Shown piece by piece: positions 41,582 through 46,443 of a stretch of 46,443 bases of DNA (position 1 is the stretch's first letter; every line of letters begins with the position of its first letter). The notes under the pieces were generated by a model that worked only from the letters and a program-made list of their open reading frames with translations, did no database searches and was not told where the DNA came from. This stretch comes from Halorhabdus amylolytica. GTDB lineage: Archaea > Halobacteriota > Halobacteria > Halobacteriales > Haloarculaceae. The position numbers and the translations under genes are program-made. The stretch lies in NCBI RefSeq assembly GCF_004944975.1, contig NZ_SPQG01000001.1:162671-209113 (forward strand), read 5' to 3'.

Positions 41582-42646
41582 ATGGCCGAAACGAGTGAGC
41601 ACAACGAGTACGACGTCATCGTGGTCGGCGGCGGTCCTGCCGGCCAATCCGCTGCACTGTACACGACCCGGCTCGGCCACCGAACCGCCATTGTCGATGT
41701 TGGCGGTGGCCGAGCGGCGATGATCCAGGAGGTCCACAATCTGATCGGTGTCCCCGAAGACGAAAGCGGGATGGATTTGCTTCAGGTGGGCCGAGAACAG
41801 CTGGAGAACTACGGGTGTGATTTCTACCGCGACCGCGTCACCTCCTGCTCGCATGGCGAGGACGGGATAACCCTCGTCGGAAACTCTGACGAGTACACCG
41901 CCGAGGCCGTCGTCCTCGCCACAGGGTTCAACGACGTCCGCCCCGACCCGCCGCTGCCACGCACGGGACGAGGACTGCATTACTGTCTGCATTGTGACGC
42001 CCACATGTTCGTTGACGAACCGGTCTACGTCATGGGACACGGCGAGAGCGCGGTCCACGTCGCGGGGATCATGCTCAACTTCACCGACGAGGTGGATCTG
42101 CTGACCCGCGGGAACGACCCCGAGTGGAGCGACGAGACCGCCGAAACGCTCGACGCCCATCCGATCGACGTGATCCACGAGGACATCTCCGGCGTCCAGA
42201 ACGGCGAGGACGGCTGGCTCAAGGCGTTGGAATTCGAGGATAGCGTGGGACCACGTCACACGAGCAACCGGACGGAGTCCGGCGACGGCGAAGTCCGGGA
42301 GTACAAGGGTGGGTTTGCCATGTACGGCGCGGAGTACAACAACGGCCTTGCGCGGGAACTCGGCTGTGAAATCAACGCTGACGGGACTGTCGAGATTGAC
42401 GATCACGGCCGGACGGCTATCGAGAACGTCTATGCAGTCGGGGACCTGACCCCGGGTCACAACCAGCTACCGATCGCTCTCGGAGCAGGCGCGAAAGCGG
42501 GGATCGACATTCACTTCTCGTTGCGTGATTTCCCGCGCGACCCCGATGTGCTGGATTCCCAGGGCCCAGTTCGCGACGAGGAAGTCCCGGGGATTCCCGA
42601 CCAACTCCTCGAACAGGCCGTGGATTTCCATACCTACGGCGAATAG
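41582..42646 (+). CDS. Thioredoxin-disulfide-reductase-like NAD(P)/FAD oxidoreductase
   Basis: YDVIVVGGGPAGQSAALY FAD motif. CLHCDAHMF redox CxxC. GHGESAVHVA NAD(P) motif. AVGDL C-terminal FAD motif. Confidence 0.8.
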   Translation: MAETSEHNEYDVIVVGGGPAGQSAALYTTRLGHRTAIVDVGGGRAAMIQEVHNLIGVPEDESGMDLLQVGREQLENYGCDFYRDRVTSCSHGEDGITLVGNSDEYTAEAVVLATGFNDVRPDPPLPRTGRGLHYCLHCDAHMFVDEPVYVMGHGESAVHVAGIMLNFTDEVDLLTRGNDPEWSDETAETLDAHPIDVIHEDISGVQNGEDGWLKALEFEDSVGPRHTSNRTESGDGEVREYKGGFAMYGAEYNNGLARELGCEINADGTVEIDDHGRTAIENVYAVGDLTPGHNQLPIALGAGAKAGIDIHFSLRDFPRDPDVLDSQGPVRDEEVPGIPDQLLEQAVDFHTYGE

Positions 42647-42699
42647 GCGACTCGTCAGGTACTGAAACTCTCACGTTCGAGCGACGCGAGTACAGTCAG

Positions 42700-43575
42700 T
42701 CACCGGTTCGGTTTCCGCGTTTGTTTGGGATGATCGGCGATATACACGCTCGTGTCGTCGGGAACGTCTTCAGTCACCCACGAGTTCGCACCGATACTCA
42801 CGTGATCGCCAACCTCGACCGTTCCGAGCACGTTGCTTCCGGCACCGATGACGACGTGGTCGCCGATGTCGGGATGACGATTGTAGTCTTTTGCGAGCAT
42901 ATGACCCTCGCCTTCCTCTTCTTCCTCGAAGTGCAGCGTCCCAAGCGTGACGTTCTGGTAGATTCGGACCCAGTCACCAACTGTCGCGGTCTCGCCGATG
43001 ACGACCCCTGACCCGTGATCGACGAAAAAGTACTCGCCGATCTCAGCACCGGGGTGGATGTCGATACCTGTCTCGGTTCTCGCATACTCGGCGAGTTCCC
43101 GGGCGTAGGCGAAAATATCCTCCTCGTAGAGAGCATGCGCGACACGGTGGGTGAGGATTGCGTGAAACCCGGGATACGACCGGATGATCTCACAGTAGCT
43201 TTTCGCTGCCGGATCGCCCTTGTACGCCGCCTCGACGTCTTTTTTGAGAGCGCGTCGAATTGCCGACAACTGGTCCAGCGTCCTGTCGATGATCTCCGTT
43301 ACGGTCGCTTCGTCGTGATCCGAATAGGCGGTGATGCCCGTCTGCATGCAGCGACCGAGCTCAGTCAGGCGGCCACGAGTCGTTTCGGGATTATCTAACA
43401 ACTCCGTCGCGTTCCAGCACCTGGGGAACAGGAGCTGTTTCAGAAGGGGCGACTCCTCACGCAGGAACTCGCGACGAGGATACGTCCGTGAAGCATCCGT
43501 TGGAAACGGCGATTCATCTGTTCGATACGACTCAACGAGTGCTGTATGCACGTCGCCAGTGTACGCGTAGTTCAT
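42700..43575 (-). CDS. cysE: Serine O-acetyltransferase
   Basis: N-terminal SATase helical domain plus hexapeptide left-handed beta-helix (DIHPGAEIGEYFFVDHGSGVVIGETATVGDWVRIYQNVTLG). Confidence 0.85.
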   Translation of the reverse strand: MNYAYTGDVHTALVESYRTDESPFPTDASRTYPRREFLREESPLLKQLLFPRCWNATELLDNPETTRGRLTELGRCMQTGITAYSDHDEATVTEIIDRTLDQLSAIRRALKKDVEAAYKGDPAAKSYCEIIRSYPGFHAILTHRVAHALYEEDIFAYARELAEYARTETGIDIHPGAEIGEYFFVDHGSGVVIGETATVGDWVRIYQNVTLGTLHFEEEEEGEGHMLAKDYNRHPDIGDHVVIGAGSNVLGTVEVGDHVSIGANSWVTEDVPDDTSVYIADHPKQTRKPNR

Positions 43576-43911
43576 TCGCTTGGCCTCAAGTTATCTACCA
43601 AGGTTCGTTGCTCTGTCGGAATATATCACGGGAATCGACCCACTCCTCGAAAGGGCAATCGACATAAAGCGGCAAATAGTACATGGAATTATGCATCGAT
43701 CCGATGCAGGCCGGAACGCTCGGTCGAGCGTCCGACCGGATGTCGATCGCTCGCCCCGGCGGAAGGGGTCCCAACAGAGCGACCGTCAACGACAAAGCCA
43801 CGCTTGTTCCGTCCCGGTCTCGCGTCGGGATTGTTGTCGCTGTTGCTGACCGCTCTGTCCCCGTCTCGAGTGGCACCGAATGAACGACGACATAGTCACA
43901 CAAACTGACAC

Positions 43912-44898
43912 ATGACCACACACGATACACCGAAGGCATCGGGACTCGAAACGATCGGCAAGACACCGCTGGTCGAACTTGACGCGTCGCCGGGGGCAGT
44001 CCCGGTTTACGCCAAACTGGAGACGTTCAACCCGGGCGGAAGTGTCAAGGATCGCATCGGAAAACACATCCTCGAAGGGCTGGTCGAGCGCGGCGAAATC
44101 GAACCTGGCGGGACGATCGTCGAACCGACGGCCGGCAACACTGGCATCGGGATGGCTCTGGCGGCGACCCGTCTGGATCTCGGCGCGATTTTCGTCGTCC
44201 CCGAGGGATTCAGCGTCGAGAAGGAACGCCTGATGGACGCGCTGGGTGCTGAAATCGTCCACTTCTCGGGGGACGGCGGAATGGCTGCAGCTGCCCAGAG
44301 AGCCCACGAAATCGCCCAGGAGCACGAAAACGCCGTCGTTCCCCAGCAGTTCTCGACGCCGCTGAACGTCGAAGCGCACTACCGGACGACCGGTCCCGAG
44401 ATCGTCGAGGCACTCGACGGCGAGGTGGGCGCGGTTGTCGTCGGCGTCGGGTCGGGCGGGACGCTGACCGGGATCACCCGTGCCGTCCGCGAGCAGGTGC
44501 CGGACGTCAACGTCGTCGCCGTCGAACCGGAGGGGTCGACATTCGCCACCCTGCTCGGCCGCGAACGCGAAGAGAGCCCCTACAAGATCGAGGGGATCGG
44601 CACGCACGATCCTGCCGTGACCGACCTGCTCGAACCCGACGAGATCGACGACTTCGTGACGGTCAGCGATCGGGACGCACACAGCGAGGTACAGCGACTC
44701 GCAGCCGAGGAGGGCCACCTCGTCGGTTCAAGTTCGGGCGCGGCGAGCCTAGCAGCACGGCGTGTCGCCGAAGAGATCGCAGCCGGCCAGCGCAACGCAC
44801 CGTACGATACCGTCGTGACTGTGTTCCCGGACGGGGGCGAGCGGTACCTCTCGAAGAACATATACGGCCACTTCGACGAGTGGGAGGGCAAAACATGA
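43912..44898 (+). CDS. cysK: Cysteine synthase (O-acetylserine sulfhydrylase)
   Basis: PLP-Lys motif NPGGSVKDRIG. TAGNTGIGMALAA. GVGSGGTLTGI glycine loop. Confidence 0.9.
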   Translation: MTTHDTPKASGLETIGKTPLVELDASPGAVPVYAKLETFNPGGSVKDRIGKHILEGLVERGEIEPGGTIVEPTAGNTGIGMALAATRLDLGAIFVVPEGFSVEKERLMDALGAEIVHFSGDGGMAAAAQRAHEIAQEHENAVVPQQFSTPLNVEAHYRTTGPEIVEALDGEVGAVVVGVGSGGTLTGITRAVREQVPDVNVVAVEPEGSTFATLLGREREESPYKIEGIGTHDPAVTDLLEPDEIDDFVTVSDRDAHSEVQRLAAEEGHLVGSSSGAASLAARRVAEEIAAGQRNAPYDTVVTVFPDGGERYLSKNIYGHFDEWEGKT

Positions 44899-46070
44899 CC
44901 GACGATTTGCCCGATCACGACGACTTCGAGACGCGCGCTATTCACGCGGGTTGGGACCCCGATCCGAAGACGGGCGCGATCATGCCGCCGATCTACGCCT
45001 CCTCGACGTTTGCCCAGGACGCCCCCGGCGAGGACCGGGGCTATGAGTACTCCCGGACGGGTAACCCGACCCGAACAGCTCTCGAGGACAATCTGGCGAG
45101 CCTCGAAGGCGGCGCGCACGGCCGGGCGTTCGCCAGCGGGATGGCCGCGATCAATACCGTCCTGAATCTACTTTCCGCAGGTGGGCACGTCGTCGTCGGC
45201 CGCGACGTCTACGGCGGCACCCACCGCCTGTTCACGGACGTCTACGAAGACTACGACCTCGAATTTTCCTTTGTGGATGCGACCGATCCGGACGCCGTGG
45301 CCGAGGCGATCACCCGGAAGACCGAACTGGTCTGGATCGAGACGCCAACGAACCCTCTCATGCAGATCGTAGACATCGAGCGGGTTGCTGCGCTGGCTCA
45401 GGACGGCGATGCGCTGCTGGCCGTTGACAACACTTTCGCGACACCGTACCTCCAGCGTCCCCTCGAATACGATGCGGACATCGTCGCCCACTCGCTGACG
45501 AAGTACCTCGGCGGCCACTCCGATGTCGTCGGGGGTGCACTCATCACAGAGGACCCGGATATCGATGATCGACTCGGGTTCTACCAGAACAGCGTCGGCG
45601 CGACCCCCGACCCGTTCGCGTGTTTTCTTGTCCTCCGGGGGACGAAAACCCTGCCCGTCAGGATGGATCGACACTCCGAGAACGCCCGGACACTCGCGAC
45701 GTGGCTCGACGATCACCCCGCCGTCGAAACTGTCCACTACCCGGGACTGGGTACTCACCCCGACCACGACGTCGCGACTGCACAGATGGACGACTTCGGG
45801 GGCATGCTCAGCGTCGAGCTCGACGCGCCTCTCGAAGCTGTTCGAAGTTTCGTCTCCGAGACCGAGGTGTTCACGCTGGCCGAGAGTCTCGGTGGCGTCG
45901 AGAGTCTGATCGAACACCCAGCGACAATGACCCACGGGACCGTCCCCGCAGAAGAACGACGCGAAACGGGGATCACCGACGGGCTGGTCCGTCTCAGCGT
46001 CGGCCTCGAATCAGTCACGGACCTGCGGGCCGATCTGGCGAAGACCCTCGAGAATACGATCGACACCTGA
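44895..46070 (+). CDS. Trans-sulfuration PLP enzyme (cystathionine gamma-synthase/lyase or O-acetylhomoserine sulfhydrylase family)
   Basis: Cys/Met-metabolism PLP signature (AVDNTFATPYLQRPLEYDADIVAHSLTKYLGGHSDVVGG). Start MTDDLP at 44895 overlaps the cysK stop (ATGA). Confidence 0.85.
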   Translation: MTDDLPDHDDFETRAIHAGWDPDPKTGAIMPPIYASSTFAQDAPGEDRGYEYSRTGNPTRTALEDNLASLEGGAHGRAFASGMAAINTVLNLLSAGGHVVVGRDVYGGTHRLFTDVYEDYDLEFSFVDATDPDAVAEAITRKTELVWIETPTNPLMQIVDIERVAALAQDGDALLAVDNTFATPYLQRPLEYDADIVAHSLTKYLGGHSDVVGGALITEDPDIDDRLGFYQNSVGATPDPFACFLVLRGTKTLPVRMDRHSENARTLATWLDDHPAVETVHYPGLGTHPDHDVATAQMDDFGGMLSVELDAPLEAVRSFVSETEVFTLAESLGGVESLIEHPATMTHGTVPAEERRETGITDGLVRLSVGLESVTDLRADLAKTLENTIDT

Positions 46071-46094
46071 GACCGGCGTCTGCCTGTCTTGCAG

Positions 46095-46443
46095 TCACTC
46101 CTCGCCGTAGTCCCCGCCGTACTTCATGAAGAAGTACGCGAACCCGAGCGTCGCCGCCATGAGGAAGCCACTGCCGACGCCGAGCAACTTCGCACTCTCC
46201 GGAACGGTCGGACCTGTCGACGCGCTCACTTCGACTTCGGGATAGTCGTCACCGACGACGACGGCCCCTTTCATACCGACCGAGAGGTGCGGGTCACAGT
46301 AATACTTCGAGATGCCCGTTTCCTCGAAGGTGCGTTCGAAGGTCGTGCCGGCCTCGGCAACGGGCGGCCCCGAGGAGTACGAGTCATCGTCGGCGACGAC
46401 GTTGTGGGCGTTGCCCTGACCGGTCCACTCCCAGATAACGGTG
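46095..46443 (-). CDS. Partial (C-terminal part, truncated by window edge) halocyanin/plastocyanin-like blue copper protein
   Basis: VIWEWTGQGNAHNVV...YYCDPHLSVGMKGAVVV contains the cupredoxin His...Cys-x-x-His-x-x-x-x-Met copper-ligand pattern. C-terminal hydrophobic anchor. Confidence 0.5.
   Translation of the reverse strand, partial: TVIWEWTGQGNAHNVVADDDSYSSGPPVAEAGTTFERTFEETGISKYYCDPHLSVGMKGAVVVGDDYPEVEVSASTGPTVPESAKLLGVGSGFLMAATLGFAYFFMKYGGDYGEE

Overview
This 46.4-kb window is a haloarchaeal (class Halobacteria) chromosomal segment. I infer that from the high GC content, strongly acidic predicted proteins, a Tat-type signal peptide, a halocyanin-like cupredoxin and haloarchaea-type histidine kinases, all read directly from the sequence with no database search. 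I call about 43 genes.

The flanks are ordinary core genome:
- carB, two FAD-dependent oxidoreductases, a 7TM-PAS-GAF histidine kinase, thrB, an MscS-family channel and pdxS.
- An XRE/DUF2178 pair and a TctA-like permease.
- At the right end, an HxlR regulator with a disulfide-reductase-like flavoprotein, a redoxin, a TrxR-like flavoprotein, cysE, cysK and a MetB/MetC-family PLP enzyme, plus a partial cupredoxin gene.

The centre (about 18.54-37.76 kb) is a block of visibly lower GC. Every gene in it is a hypothetical protein, and I see no integrase, transposase or tRNA. It holds two divergent gene arrays with recognisable domains:
- A tightly coupled four-gene minus-strand operon containing a bactofilin-like beta-helix protein flanked by coiled-coil and membrane proteins, preceded by a Hanks-type Ser/Thr kinase and an FHA-like double-zinc-ribbon protein.
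- A six-gene plus-strand operon encoding a small 3-TM protein, an ESCRT-III/Snf7/PspA-superfamily protein, a MIT-domain AAA+ ATPase of the Vps4 type, a membrane coiled-coil protein, a zinc-ribbon SPFH (flotillin-like) protein and a HEAT-repeat protein.

The second operon looks like a complete membrane-remodelling module. I could not recall a functionally characterised haloarchaeal equivalent, and it is the main candidate for a previously undescribed system in this window. No CRISPR array, rRNA or tRNA was recognised.

For several genes the longest six-frame ORF extends past a plausible start; where I chose an internal start I verified the ATG/GTG by hand.
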